From Thermoproteota archaeon (GTDB lineage Archaea > Korarchaeota > JAOZGF01 > JAOZFZ01): a stretch of 64,000 nucleotides of DNA. Under the pieces are notes generated by a model. That model was not told where the DNA came from. It saw only the letters and a list, made by a program, of their open reading frames with translations, and made no database searches. Shown here one piece after another: positions 1 through 9,915 of the stretch (position 1 is the stretch's first letter; each line of letters opens with the position of its first letter). The stretch is taken from assembly GCA_027492035.1 (NCBI GenBank), contig JAOZFT010000004.1, forward strand, positions 32,001-96,000, in the 5' to 3' direction. Both the position numbers and the translations under genes were made by a program.

Positions 1-569
1 TTAGGCATCACAATAAAACCTTCTTCCTTGTCACCATAAGAAACTGTTCTTCTCAACAAATGGAGGTAAGCCACTAAAGCAGCAGTTAACGCATCTATTT
101 CATGAATTGAAATTTTCTTCCTTAAAAACTTCAAACCTAACCTTTCAAATTCTTTCTTGAGAAGATCCACCTTCTTTTTACTTTCAAACCCAAAAATTTT
201 TTGCGCCCCCCTTGGAAAGACTTCAATCACTTCCACCCCTTTCTTCCTGATTTCTTTGCTTAACTTTATCCCTCTATTCGTTAATTTTACCATACTAGGC
301 AAATTGAAAGACAAAACCTTTATTTTTTTAGCAAGGAGTTGTTTCTCACAAGATCTTAGAAGAATTTTTTCCTTACCTCTCCTTTTTAGAGGGAAGCTAA
401 GGGGGGAATCTATACTTACTAATGTAGGTTTCACTCCATGAATAAATTCTATTATTTCATGGTTAGAGTAAAGGATAAAAGTGTTGGCGGAACCTTTTTT
501 TAACACACAAATACCTGAAGGATTGTTTTGTTCTGCAGCTAAATCTACACCAACTACTGTGTCTTTCAA
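1..569 (-). CDS. DUF429 family predicted nuclease (RNase H-like fold), runs off window edge
   Basis: Manual translation from TTG at 569: KDTVVGVDLAAEQNNPSGIC...VSIDSPLSFP...LRSCEKQL...VIEVFP...HEIDALTAALVAY...GDKEEGFIVMP; motifs GVDLA, IDSPLS, EVFP and DAL match DUF429. Absent from the ORF track because it is open at the edge. Confidence 0.8.
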   Translation of the reverse strand, partial: MKDTVVGVDLAAEQNNPSGICVLKKGSANTFILYSNHEIIEFIHGVKPTLVSIDSPLSFPLKRRGKEKILLRSCEKQLLAKKIKVLSFNLPSMVKLTNRGIKLSKEIRKKGVEVIEVFPRGAQKIFGFESKKKVDLLKKEFERLGLKFLRKKISIHEIDALTAALVAYLHLLRRTVSYGDKEEGFIVMP

Positions 570-575
570 ACTGGG

Positions 576-779
576 TCACGGAATTTTGAAGGAATACTTC
601 TCTCTCAACCTCTTCAAAACAGCCTCTGGTTTTAACTCTTCAAAATCTTCCAAGTTGGCTTCAATTATTTCTTCAGCTTTCTTCCTCAGTTCAGGATTTA
701 AATCTTTTAACCCTTCCTCAATGTGTTTAGGCACTTTCTTCCTTTTAAGGAAGTCTTCAGGCCTTAAAACCTTCCCCAT
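576..779 (-). CDS. small hypothetical protein (67 aa, charged/helical)
   Basis: GGTGA ribosome-binding site upstream; co-directional with and 6 nt from the DUF429 gene; typical K/E-rich composition. Confidence 0.6.
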   Translation of the reverse strand: MGKVLRPEDFLKRKKVPKHIEEGLKDLNPELRKKAEEIIEANLEDFEELKPEAVLKRLREKYSFKIP

Positions 780-894
780 TCAATCACCCTTCCAAAAATT
801 TTCAACAATGAACTAAAGAAATAAAACCTCTCCTTTCCTTTAAAAATAAATAATTAAAGAATCGAGGAATTAAAGGGTTTTATTTTCAAAGGGA

Positions 895-1929
895 GTGACT
901 ACCAAGTTGGGAGTTAACTTAAAACCTTTAATCAGTCCTGAAAAAACAAGTTTTGAAAAATTAACAGGCAAAGTTTTAGCATTTGACGCAAACAACATGC
1001 TTTACCAGTTTCTAGCTTTAATTAGAACCTCAAAGGGCGAATTATTCAAAGATTCACAAGGAAGAGTAACTTCACACTTAAACGGCTTAATTTTCAGACT
1101 GACAAAGTTTTTAGACTACAACATAAAGCCTGTACTTGTCTTCGACGGCCCTCCTCTAAAACTAAAAATGGAAACTTTGAAAAAGAGAAGAAAACAAAGG
1201 GAAAAAGCTGAAAAAGAATGGCTGGAAGCTTTAAAGGAGGAAGACTATTTTAAAGCTTGGTCAAAAGCTGTTCAAACTTCAACGTTAACAAAGCAAATGG
1301 TTAAAGAAACAAAGGAACTCTTAACTTACATGGGTATTCCATTTGTGCAAGCCCCTTCAGATGCAGAGGCGCAAGCTGCTTACATGGCATCAAGAAAACA
1401 AGTTTACGCCTCATGTTCAAGAGATTACGACTCTATTTTATTCGGTTCACCTAGACTGTTGAGGTACCTAACATTTACTGGAAAAAAGTACCTAAGGACA
1501 AAAAAATCCTGGTATAGGTTAACACCGGAAAAAATTGAACTGAAGAAAATATTAAAGGAGTTAAAAATTACGAGGCAGCAGCTTGTGGATATAGCTTTAC
1601 TTGTAGGCACTGACTTCAATGAAGGAGTGAGGAGGATAGGGCCGAAAAAAGCTTATTTATTGGTTAAAAAATATGGCGGGATAAAGGAGTTAATAGAAAG
1701 TGGAAAAATCAGTTTCAAAGGAGATGTAGATGCTTTAAGAAAAATTTTTCTGGAACCGAAAGTGATAGATTGCGTAATAACATGGCACAAGCCAGACCGT
1801 GAAAACTTGATAAGCTTCCTTTGTGAAGAGAGAAACTTCAAAGAAGAAAGGGTTGAAACAGTGATAAAAAGACTTAATTCCTTTTTTGAAACACAGAAAC
1901 AATTAACTATTCAGAAATGGACGAACTAA
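895..1929 (+). CDS. fen: flap endonuclease-1 (likely start TTG at 907)
   Basis: LGVNL start, DANNMLYQFL, VFDG, APSDAEAQAAY, SRDYDSILFG, LVGTDFNEG..IGPKKA (H3TH) and C-terminal PIP box KQLTIQKW. Confidence 0.96.
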   Translation: MTTKLGVNLKPLISPEKTSFEKLTGKVLAFDANNMLYQFLALIRTSKGELFKDSQGRVTSHLNGLIFRLTKFLDYNIKPVLVFDGPPLKLKMETLKKRRKQREKAEKEWLEALKEEDYFKAWSKAVQTSTLTKQMVKETKELLTYMGIPFVQAPSDAEAQAAYMASRKQVYASCSRDYDSILFGSPRLLRYLTFTGKKYLRTKKSWYRLTPEKIELKKILKELKITRQQLVDIALLVGTDFNEGVRRIGPKKAYLLVKKYGGIKELIESGKISFKGDVDALRKIFLEPKVIDCVITWHKPDRENLISFLCEERNFKEERVETVIKRLNSFFETQKQLTIQKWTN

Positions 1930-1955
1930 TTTTTTGAAGGAAGGGTGGAAAGTAA

Positions 1956-2258
1956 ATGAAGAAATATAAAGTTGTAATTGAAGTTGTGGATGTGAAGGGT
2001 TACTGTCCCCTCTATAAGGAGGGTGATAGAGTTACAGCTGAAAACTTCTATTTTAAAACAAGAGAATCTTCAAATATTTGTTTACATGCTTTCGTTTCTA
2101 TGTCAACTTTATTGTCTTCATTTTTGCACGGGGTTTCGGCTAAGGATTTGGGTTTAAGTGAAAAAGAGGATGAAGGCTTCTTGGAATGTCCAGACCCTGG
2201 CCCCCCTTACACAAAGGGTGGAAGAGTAGTTTTTAAGTTGAGGAGAATACCAGTTTAA
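1956..2258 (+). CDS. TIGR04076 family protein (Cys-containing, unknown function)
   Basis: VKGYCP...GD, ICLHA, CPDPG..GRVVFKL pattern. Confidence 0.75.
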   Translation: MKKYKVVIEVVDVKGYCPLYKEGDRVTAENFYFKTRESSNICLHAFVSMSTLLSSFLHGVSAKDLGLSEKEDEGFLECPDPGPPYTKGGRVVFKLRRIPV

Positions 2259-2276
2259 AGAGGGTGCCTTTAAACA

Positions 2277-3455
2277 ATGAAAATTTGCATTGTAGCCGGA
2301 GTGAGGCCAAACTTTGTTAAAATAGCTCCCCTTTATAAGGAGTTAAGCAGAAGTAAAAAACATCAATTGTTAATCGTTCACACAGGCCAGCATTTCAACA
2401 ACTCCCTTTCAAAAGTTTTCTTTGAACAACTCAACATACCTAAACCTGATTATTACTTAAACGTGAATTTTGGGAGTATAGCATCCCAGTATTCCTTGCT
2501 GCTTCCACGTTTAAGTAAAGTTTTAAGCGCGGAGAAACCTGATTTAGTTACTGTAGTAGGGGATGCAAACCCATCTTTTGCAGCGTCCTTAACTTCAGCA
2601 TTAAACCAAATACCAGTAGCACATGTGGAGGCTGGGTATAGGAGTATGGATTACAGAATGCCTGAGGAAATAAACAGGGTTTTAACGGATAAATTATCCA
2701 CTCTCCTTTTCGCACCAACAGGAACAGCTAAAAGAAACCTTTTAAGTGAAGGGTTCAGCCCAGAACAAATTTTCTTCGTAGGAAACATAATGATTGATTC
2801 ACTTAAAATGTTTAAAGAGAAATATGAAAAATCAAGGATAATGGATAGGTTAAACCTAGAAAAAAAAGGCTTCTGTTTAGTGACTATACATAGAAGAGAA
2901 AACGTGACTGACCAGGGGAATTTATCGAAAATTGTAAAAATAATTTTCGAAGTCCAGAAGAGGATAAAAACAATTTTTCCGATTCACCCGCTCACTAGAA
3001 AAAAAATGGCTGAAATAAATTTGCTGAAAAAAATTGAAAATATGGAAAATCTTCTCTTAGCAGAACCTTTACCTTATTTTGACTTCATTAAGTTGGAGAA
3101 AGAAAGTTTGTTTGTGGTAACTGACTCAGGAGGAGTGCAAGAAGAAACAACTTACTTCCAGAAACCTTGTTTAACCTTAAGATACAACACGGAGAGGGTT
3201 GAAACAGTTTTGAAAGGGACTAACAGACTTGTAGGGCTCGAAATAGAGCTTGTAAAAAAATATATAAGGAAAATAGAGAAAGGGGAATGGTTTGAAGGAA
3301 CAATCCCTATAAGATGGGACGGAGAAACTGCTGCACGAATCAGAAGAATACTTGAAAACTGGAGTAAACCAGTAAATTGGTTAAACATGTTAGAGAAGGG
3401 AGTGCCTATTAAAGAGATAAAATTTGATATTCAGTGGAAAAAATTCAATTTATGA
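2277..3455 (+). CDS. wecB: UDP-N-acetylglucosamine 2-epimerase (non-hydrolysing)
   Basis: GVRPNFVK, HTGQH, VGDAN, HVEAGYRS, MPEEINR, TDSGGVQEE, TERVE. Confidence 0.93.
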   Translation: MKICIVAGVRPNFVKIAPLYKELSRSKKHQLLIVHTGQHFNNSLSKVFFEQLNIPKPDYYLNVNFGSIASQYSLLLPRLSKVLSAEKPDLVTVVGDANPSFAASLTSALNQIPVAHVEAGYRSMDYRMPEEINRVLTDKLSTLLFAPTGTAKRNLLSEGFSPEQIFFVGNIMIDSLKMFKEKYEKSRIMDRLNLEKKGFCLVTIHRRENVTDQGNLSKIVKIIFEVQKRIKTIFPIHPLTRKKMAEINLLKKIENMENLLLAEPLPYFDFIKLEKESLFVVTDSGGVQEETTYFQKPCLTLRYNTERVETVLKGTNRLVGLEIELVKKYIRKIEKGEWFEGTIPIRWDGETAARIRRILENWSKPVNWLNMLEKGVPIKEIKFDIQWKKFNL

Positions 3456-3629
3456 CGGTATTTTTTTCAAAATTAACCAAGAAAAAACCTTTTCCTGATT
3501 AAATTTATTCCGAAGCACATAGAATTTTTTACAACAAAATAAAAAGTTTTTAAAAAAGACAAGCATGTTTTCTTCCTTTTCAAAGGGAAAACTCCTTTAC
3601 CAAAAATTTTTAGGAGAGGTTTAAGCGAA

Positions 3630-4880
3630 ATGTCAACTAAAAAAATAAACCCCTTCGAAGAAATGTTAAAGGTATTAAAAAGAACTGCCGACCTATTAAA
3701 GCTTGACTCCGGCACATATGAGATTTTAAGCCATCCAAAAGAAGTGTTAACGGTTTCTTTACCTGTAAAAATGGATAATGGTTCAATAAAAGTGTTTCAA
3801 GGATACAGAGTTCACTACAATGATGCCCGAGGACCCACTAAAGGAGGGATAAGGTATCACCCTAATGTGAACCTAGATGAAGTGAAAGCATTAGCTGCAT
3901 GGATGACGTGGAAAACAGCGGTAGTGAACATTCCCTATGGTGGAGCAAAAGGAGGGATAACATGTAACCCTAAAGAAATGTCTGAAAGAGAACTTGAGAT
4001 GTTAACCAGAAAATATGCATCGGCAATAGCTAAATTTGTGGGTGTAGATTTAGACATACCTGCCCCTGACGTAAACACGAACCCTCAAACAATGGCTTGG
4101 TTCTTTGATGAATACGTAAAGATAAAAGGGGAAGTCCTTCCAGGAGTGATTACCGCTAAACCTTTAAGCATAGGAGGCTCTCAAGGAAGATCTTATGCGA
4201 CAGGAAGAGGTGTCTTTTTCACAGGCTTAGAAGCCTTAAAAACCAAAAACATAAACGTAAAAGGTGCAAAAGTTTCAATTCAAGGGTACGGCAACGCGGG
4301 ATATTACTCAGCAAAGTTTTTCCATGAAGCAGGAGCAAAAATAATAGCTGTAAGCGACTCAAAAGGAGGAGCCTACAGCCCTGACGGGATGGACCCTGAC
4401 AAACTGCTTGAATTCAAAAAGAAAACGAAGACTGTTAAAGGATTCCCAGGCAGCGACGAAACAGATACTAGAGCTCCTTTATTCACAGAATGTGACATAG
4501 TCATACCTGCTGCTTTAGAAGATCAAATAACCAGTGAAAACGTGGACAAAGTGAAAGCAAAAATAGTTTTAGAGGCAGCTAATGGACCAACAACAACCGA
4601 AGCAACGCAGTCGCTTTTTGAGAGGGACATACTGGTAGTGCCAGATATATTAGCGAACGCAGGTGGTGTAACAGTAAGTTATTTCGAGTGGGTCCAAAAC
4701 AGGCAAGGATATTACTGGACAGAGGAAGAGGTGGATGAGAAACTGAGGAAAATAATGACTCAAGCTTTTAGAGATGTCTATCAAACATCTCAAGAGTACA
4801 AAGTGGATATGAGGACTGGCGCTTACCTTGTAGCTGTTAAAAGAGTTGTTGAAGCCATGAAAGCTAGAGGGTGGATTTAA
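3630..4880 (+). CDS. gdhA: glutamate dehydrogenase (Glu/Leu/Phe/Val family)
   Basis: GPTKGGIRYHP, GGAKGG, DIPAPDVNT, QGYGNAG, EAANGP, PDILANAGGVTVSYFEWVQN. Confidence 0.96.
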   Translation: MSTKKINPFEEMLKVLKRTADLLKLDSGTYEILSHPKEVLTVSLPVKMDNGSIKVFQGYRVHYNDARGPTKGGIRYHPNVNLDEVKALAAWMTWKTAVVNIPYGGAKGGITCNPKEMSERELEMLTRKYASAIAKFVGVDLDIPAPDVNTNPQTMAWFFDEYVKIKGEVLPGVITAKPLSIGGSQGRSYATGRGVFFTGLEALKTKNINVKGAKVSIQGYGNAGYYSAKFFHEAGAKIIAVSDSKGGAYSPDGMDPDKLLEFKKKTKTVKGFPGSDETDTRAPLFTECDIVIPAALEDQITSENVDKVKAKIVLEAANGPTTTEATQSLFERDILVVPDILANAGGVTVSYFEWVQNRQGYYWTEEEVDEKLRKIMTQAFRDVYQTSQEYKVDMRTGAYLVAVKRVVEAMKARGWI

Positions 4881-5038
4881 GAGCATCCCCCCTTAAGTGA
4901 ACTTTCCCTTAACTTCTTTCTAAAACCACCTACTTTTTTATTTCCTTAAAAAAGGCTTTTTAAAAATTTTTAGGAAACATACACAAATTTTAGGCTTAAA
5001 ACCATCTAAGCCCTTCCTTAAACATCAATCCTCTACCG

Positions 5039-5089
5039 CTTTTTTCTTTTTGAAAAGAAAAAAGGAGGTAGGGGCTCTTTGCACCCCTA
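5039..5089. terminator. hairpin and T/A tracts between convergent gdhA and ferredoxin genes
   Basis: TAGGGG-N9-CCCCTA hairpin (5069-5089) 7 nt past the fdx stop, followed by a T-run on the minus strand; also a 12-bp inverted repeat CTTTTTTCTTTT-tg-AAAAGAAAAAAG (5039-5064). Confidence 0.55.
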
Positions 5090-5095
5090 TGTCAT

Positions 5096-5284
5096 TTATT
5101 CAAGAGTTATTGATTCCGTTGGGCAGGACTCTACACAGGCATTACATTCGGTACAGCTTTCAGGATGAACTACAACAGATTTTTCATCCTTTATTTCGAA
5201 ACAGTTGGGATCTGCTGGACACACGCTTTCACAGACCCCACAACCAATACATGTTTCTGCATTCACAACAGGTTTTTTTGCCAT
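5096..5284 (-). CDS. 2[4Fe-4S] ferredoxin
   Basis: Two CxxCxxCxxxCP motifs: CIGCGVCESVCP and CTECNACVESCP; GGTGA RBS. Confidence 0.95.
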   Translation of the reverse strand: MAKKPVVNAETCIGCGVCESVCPADPNCFEIKDEKSVVVHPESCTECNACVESCPTESITLE

Positions 5285-5502
5285 ACATCTTCACCCCCTT
5301 CTTTTTAAGTTCATCAGGTTTCAGAGAAATGAAAGGGATTGTTTAGGAAATTCTTTTGAGGAAGGTAATTGAATTTTATTTAAGTTTTTTGTATATATGT
5401 TTAGGGTTTGAATTTTTCCTTAGCTGTCTTCATTCAGGTTTAAAAACACTGAATAGGGCTTTTGTTGGTTATTTTTCTTTAGATGGAGGCTGAAGTGATA
5501 AA

Positions 5503-6090
5503 ATGATTTCAGCTATTGTTCTTGCAGCCGGCAAATCTGAAAGAATGGGTAAAAATAAGCTTTTGCTTGAAATTAATGGAGAAACCATGATTGAACACGT
5601 AATTAAGGCTTTGCAGGAATCAAAAGTTGAAGAGATAATTGCGGTGGTGGGCTTTTACGCAGAAGAACTCACAAAAATTTTGAAAAAGTATAACGTTAAG
5701 GTAGTATTTAATAAGGATTACGAGAAAGGAATGACTTCTTCATTTAAGAAAGGTGTTGAGAACTTAAGTAGGGAATGTGAAGCCTTCTTCTTGGTTTTAG
5801 GGGATCAACCTTTCATAAAAAAGGAAATAATTAATAAGTTGATAGAGAGGTACAGGGAGAGAAGGGCATTAATTGTTTCCCCTATCTACAAAGGTAAAAA
5901 GGGACATCCTGTTCTTTTCGATAAAAAATTGAAAAAGGAGATTCTAAGTTTAAAGGAGGAAGAAGTAGTTAGGGATATAATCCATAGGCATGTGGATGAT
6001 GTTTTGCTAGTTGAAGCCCCTATGAATGTTATTATGGATATTGACACAAAAGAAGATTATGAAAGAATTGTTAAGAAGTTGAAGAAGTAA
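5503..6090 (+). CDS. mocA: molybdenum cofactor cytidylyltransferase (MocA-like NTP transferase)
   Basis: LAAGKSERMGKNKLLL, LGDQP, GHPVLF, DIDT; convergent with xdhC. Confidence 0.85.
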   Translation: MISAIVLAAGKSERMGKNKLLLEINGETMIEHVIKALQESKVEEIIAVVGFYAEELTKILKKYNVKVVFNKDYEKGMTSSFKKGVENLSRECEAFFLVLGDQPFIKKEIINKLIERYRERRALIVSPIYKGKKGHPVLFDKKLKKEILSLKEEEVVRDIIHRHVDDVLLVEAPMNVIMDIDTKEDYERIVKKLKK

Positions 6091-6094
6091 TTAC

Positions 6095-6934
6095 TCACTT
6101 CCGTCTTTCCTTTATTATTTCAGCCATTGTAGAGACAGCTATTTCTTCTGGAGTTTCTGCATTTATGTCTAAACCCATTGGAGCCTTAATTCTCTCCAAA
6201 GCTTCTTCAGTAAATCCCTCGTTTCGAAGTTCAGAGAAAACAACTTTTGCTTTATGTTTACTTCCCAACATACCTATATATCTAACATTTTTCCTTAAAA
6301 TATTCCTTAGAATTTCTTTTGAAGGCTCCACTTCACCTAATGTTATAGCTATAAACACTTCTTCTCCTTCAGGTATTTCTTGTGAAGCTTGACTATAATT
6401 TTCATGTTTAATTGTTGCAAAGGGAATTTCTTCTTTACCAATTGATTCTTCCTCATCTATGACAGTGACTTCAAACCCTGATAAGGCACCTATTTTAGCT
6501 ATGGATTTACCTACATAGCTTCCCCCAAAGATGATTAATTTCGGTTTAGGTTTAACCACATCAACAAACACCTTTATTACGCCGCCACACACTAAACCTG
6601 TTTTCTTTCTCGTTTTATCTGTTAACATCAACTCCACAACAGAAGGTTTACCTTTCTTAAAGACTTCCAAAGCTTTCTTAACTATAAATTTTTCCACGCT
6701 CCACCCTCCAATTGTGCCATGACGTTCACCATTGCTTAAAACAATCATTTTCGCTCCAGGTTCACGGGGGGCAAACCCCCTTTTTTCAATCACTGTGCAA
6801 ATGGCGAAGCTTTCTCCTTTATTTAAAAGTTCTGTTGCTTTCTTGAAAATTTCTAGGTCAGAAACCCCTACTTCTGAAAGTATTTTTTCCAAAACAGTTC
6901 GCCCCGTTCTAAACCTCCCCAAAATAAAAAACAT
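6095..6934 (-). CDS. XdhC/CoxI family Moco insertion chaperone (start uncertain)
   Basis: GFAPREPGAKM, GTIGG, GLVCGG, YIGMLGS, APMGLDINAETPEEIAVS. Confidence 0.9.
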   Translation of the reverse strand: MFFILGRFRTGRTVLEKILSEVGVSDLEIFKKATELLNKGESFAICTVIEKRGFAPREPGAKMIVLSNGERHGTIGGWSVEKFIVKKALEVFKKGKPSVVELMLTDKTRKKTGLVCGGVIKVFVDVVKPKPKLIIFGGSYVGKSIAKIGALSGFEVTVIDEEESIGKEEIPFATIKHENYSQASQEIPEGEEVFIAITLGEVEPSKEILRNILRKNVRYIGMLGSKHKAKVVFSELRNEGFTEEALERIKAPMGLDINAETPEEIAVSTMAEIIKERRK

Positions 6935-7125
6935 TAAAAAAGATAAATAAAGTAGCTGTTCCTTTTCCAGGTTCGAGGAAAAATTAAAAAGTTAAATTAG
7001 TTCCTAAAACCTTTAAATTTTTAAGGGAATGTTAAGCTTCAGAAATTCAGAGGAGACGTCTCAGAATTTCGCGAGACTTTTTTGGGAATATTAAAGTTTT
7101 TCTTTTGTTTATGGAATTAGTTTAA

Positions 7126-9825
7126 ATGGAGAAGATAGGAGTGTACAGCAATAGGGGTAATATTGGAAGCCGTGTCTTTCTGAAAAAGATAATAGTAGCT
7201 TCTTTGTTAAGTTTGCTCTTGCTTCAACCAGTTCTGAATTGTTCCTCACTCCAGAATAAACCATACCATGTTTTGGTTCAAGAAGTACAGGATTACTTAT
7301 TAGCACTACAGCAAAACGACGGTTCTTTAAATATTGAAACGAGACTTTATCCTGTAATTGCCTCTTTTCTTTCAGAAATGAGGGAAAACTTCAAAAGTGG
7401 AACTTCTTCCGATGCTTTAAAGGCACTGAAAAATTACATAGTTAACAACTACTGCGAAGACGGGAAATGGAAGAAAGGGGTTTCCATAGAAACAATGATT
7501 TATTTAGCTAATGCCCTGGTTTCCACCATTACTTCACAGGAGGCTTCAGAAATAGAGTCCTTAGTAAACGATGCAGCATCAAAAATTTTGAATTATTTCG
7601 AGAAGCCAGGCAACGAAGAGTTTTTCTTCCAAAAAAGCGACTTGGTTTTCGAAGCTACTCACCTATTTAGTCATTATCTCAGATTGAAAAGTGTAACTAA
7701 GGCTTCTGAGGCTTTAGTTACAGTTCTAGGGGACATATTGAAGAGGCAATCAAACAATGGAAACTGGATAAATACGGAAGGAAATGAAGATACAATTTAT
7801 ACCACATCAAAAATGCTCCAGTGCCTAATTGAAATAAATGAAGCTATGCCTGCCGAAAAAAACATTAAAGCTATGGAAAGGGCAACAGATTGGCTAATCC
7901 TCAACAGAAACAGGAATGGAGGGTGGGGAGCCGCTAACTCCTACACAGGCTTAGTAATGGATGCCCTTATTAATTCCCACTTAGGATACGGCTTGGTTAA
8001 TCTTTCATCCCTAGCAAAGATTGCTGACGACTTGGAAAAACTACGCAACCCGTCTGGAGGCTGGTCTTTAGGCCCCACATTCCATAAATCAACAGCCATT
8101 CTTGCAAAAGCTTACTTAATTATTTTTAACGAATCCTTAAATCTTAAATATTACGTTAACTCTTATACAGGGATATCATTCCTCGTTAATGAGTGGTACC
8201 TGAATAGATGGGAAGAAAAGGATCAAATTAGATCTGTGAGTGAAATAGGGTCAATTCTGCTTTTCTACTCAAATTATTTACTTAAAACGTTGAATAGCCT
8301 TTATTTCGAAACAGAGGAAGTAACAAGTGAAGTTTCTTCTAAAATCTCCTTCTTAAAAGAAAAGACAGATTTAGAGTTATCTCTCTATATTAAAAAGTTT
8401 AATATGAGCAATGGATTAAAGAAAGAAAGTAGAGACGCTGCATTAAGGAATGATTGGAACCTTTCAGTTAGGAGAATTTATGAAGCTTACAACCAACTTA
8501 CATCCCTAAACAGTGAACTTTCAGAATCAATAAATGAAACCAGGAAGAAAGCAGCAAATGATTACCAAGAAATAGAAACCTCAATCAATGCCTTAAATCT
8601 TTCCTCAAAAGAAAGAAGCGAACTTAACACCTTGCTTAACCAGCTTTATGAAGCATTGACGCAGGAGAATTATAAATTATTTAATAAATTAAAGGAAGAG
8701 ATCTTGGAAAACATTAGAAGCATTACAAAAAAGGGGTTAACAAGTGAACAGCTTACATTCCTCAAAAAAATTCAAGAAATAAACAACTCACTAATTAAGT
8801 TAAGAGAAGAAGCAATATATGCTGAAAAAAGAGGAATGTCTGTCCAGAAGGTTTTAAACCTAACTTGTGAAGTCAACAAAACAATTAAAGATGCGTTAAG
8901 CTATATTTACTTAAATGAAACAAAAAAAGCTTCACTTTTGATTAAAAACTCAACAAGTGAACTAGTGAATGCAAATTATACCTTAAAGTTAAGTGAAGAA
9001 ACATTTAATTCAATCCAAACCGCTAAGAATAAACTTCTGAACATCTCAAGCCAATTGGTGCAGTTGAAAATCAGGGGATATGAAACAAAAGAAATAGAAT
9101 CCCTTAAAAACGACTCATTAATCTTGTTAAGTTTAGCGGAAGAGAAATATCGAAGTGAAGACTTTAATGGTTCAAAACTGCTTTTAACGAGAGTGGACAG
9201 TAAAATCAATGAAATACAAGACAAAATAAATAATTTATCAACCGCACAGCCTTTATTAAATACTTTTCTACTATACATCATCTTAATACCTGCAGCAGCT
9301 GCTGTTTTAGCGATAACGGTTCTTCTACTAAAAAAGAAACAAGTTTCAGTTCTTAAAAAAGAAGAAGAAACTGAAGAATTAAAAGTTGATTTAGAATTCC
9401 CTACTTCTTTGAGGACGAAACTACCCCTTGAAGAAAAAGAAAAGTTTTATAGGAGGGAAATACCTGAGGCTTTAATGTTACCTTTTTTGGAGGAAATAAA
9501 CTTGAGCGAAGAAAGAAGAAAAGTTAAGGAAATGCTTCAAGTAATTTCTAAAATAGCCAAGGAAGTTAATGTGGAAGCTATTAAAGACAGCATTTCAACA
9601 CTTGAGGATAACTTAGAAAAAATAACTTCTGAACAAAAAAGATTAAGTTCATTGCTTAGCAAAGCACCACCGGAAGAGAAAAAAATTTACTCAACCAGAA
9701 TAAGGGAACTGGATGAAAAAGCAAGAAGAATAACTCAAGTTTTAATTCTGAAAAGAATCCAGTTGGAGATAGGGGAAAGAACCAGGGATATAATTTCAAA
9801 TGTTAAATCCTTACTTTACAAGTAG
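7126..9825 (+). CDS. large membrane-anchored surface protein: signal peptide, prenyltransferase/squalene-cyclase-like alpha/alpha repeats, coiled-coil stalk, TM helix, cytoplasmic tail
   Basis: Hydrophobic N-terminus KKIIVASLLSLLLLQP; QW-like repeats QQNDGS, QSNNGNW, RNRNGGWG, RNPSGGWS; many N-x-S/T sequons; TM FLLYIILIPAAAAVLAITVLLL followed by KKK. Confidence 0.7.
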   Translation: MEKIGVYSNRGNIGSRVFLKKIIVASLLSLLLLQPVLNCSSLQNKPYHVLVQEVQDYLLALQQNDGSLNIETRLYPVIASFLSEMRENFKSGTSSDALKALKNYIVNNYCEDGKWKKGVSIETMIYLANALVSTITSQEASEIESLVNDAASKILNYFEKPGNEEFFFQKSDLVFEATHLFSHYLRLKSVTKASEALVTVLGDILKRQSNNGNWINTEGNEDTIYTTSKMLQCLIEINEAMPAEKNIKAMERATDWLILNRNRNGGWGAANSYTGLVMDALINSHLGYGLVNLSSLAKIADDLEKLRNPSGGWSLGPTFHKSTAILAKAYLIIFNESLNLKYYVNSYTGISFLVNEWYLNRWEEKDQIRSVSEIGSILLFYSNYLLKTLNSLYFETEEVTSEVSSKISFLKEKTDLELSLYIKKFNMSNGLKKESRDAALRNDWNLSVRRIYEAYNQLTSLNSELSESINETRKKAANDYQEIETSINALNLSSKERSELNTLLNQLYEALTQENYKLFNKLKEEILENIRSITKKGLTSEQLTFLKKIQEINNSLIKLREEAIYAEKRGMSVQKVLNLTCEVNKTIKDALSYIYLNETKKASLLIKNSTSELVNANYTLKLSEETFNSIQTAKNKLLNISSQLVQLKIRGYETKEIESLKNDSLILLSLAEEKYRSEDFNGSKLLLTRVDSKINEIQDKINNLSTAQPLLNTFLLYIILIPAAAAVLAITVLLLKKKQVSVLKKEEETEELKVDLEFPTSLRTKLPLEEKEKFYRREIPEALMLPFLEEINLSEERRKVKEMLQVISKIAKEVNVEAIKDSISTLEDNLEKITSEQKRLSSLLSKAPPEEKKIYSTRIRELDEKARRITQVLILKRIQLEIGERTRDIISNVKSLLYK

Positions 9826-9915
9826 TTTTACAAGTAGAATTACTTGCGAGAGGATAAGGAACAAAAGAATATTTAAACACAAAAAAGCTTAGCAAAAAGG
9901 AAAGAGGGGGTTCTT

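Noticed and set aside
157-816. + strand ORFs 157-441 and 481-816, and the many similar 60-160 aa antisense ORFs in the track (e.g. 15838-16311, 18633-19226, 36006-36392, 47949-48278)
   Set aside because: They are shadows of well-supported genes on the opposite strand, with Ser/Phe/Leu-rich composition typical of antisense frames.
5310-5325. CTGA-aac-CTGATGA on the minus strand resembling a D'/C' pair, and CTGATGA near 16739
   Set aside because: No matching terminal C and D boxes at suitable distances.
9815-9837. 11-bp direct repeat TTTACAAGTAG x2 spanning the stop codon of the 899-aa gene
   Set aside because: Only two adjacent copies, with no spacer array or mobile element; most likely a local slippage duplication.
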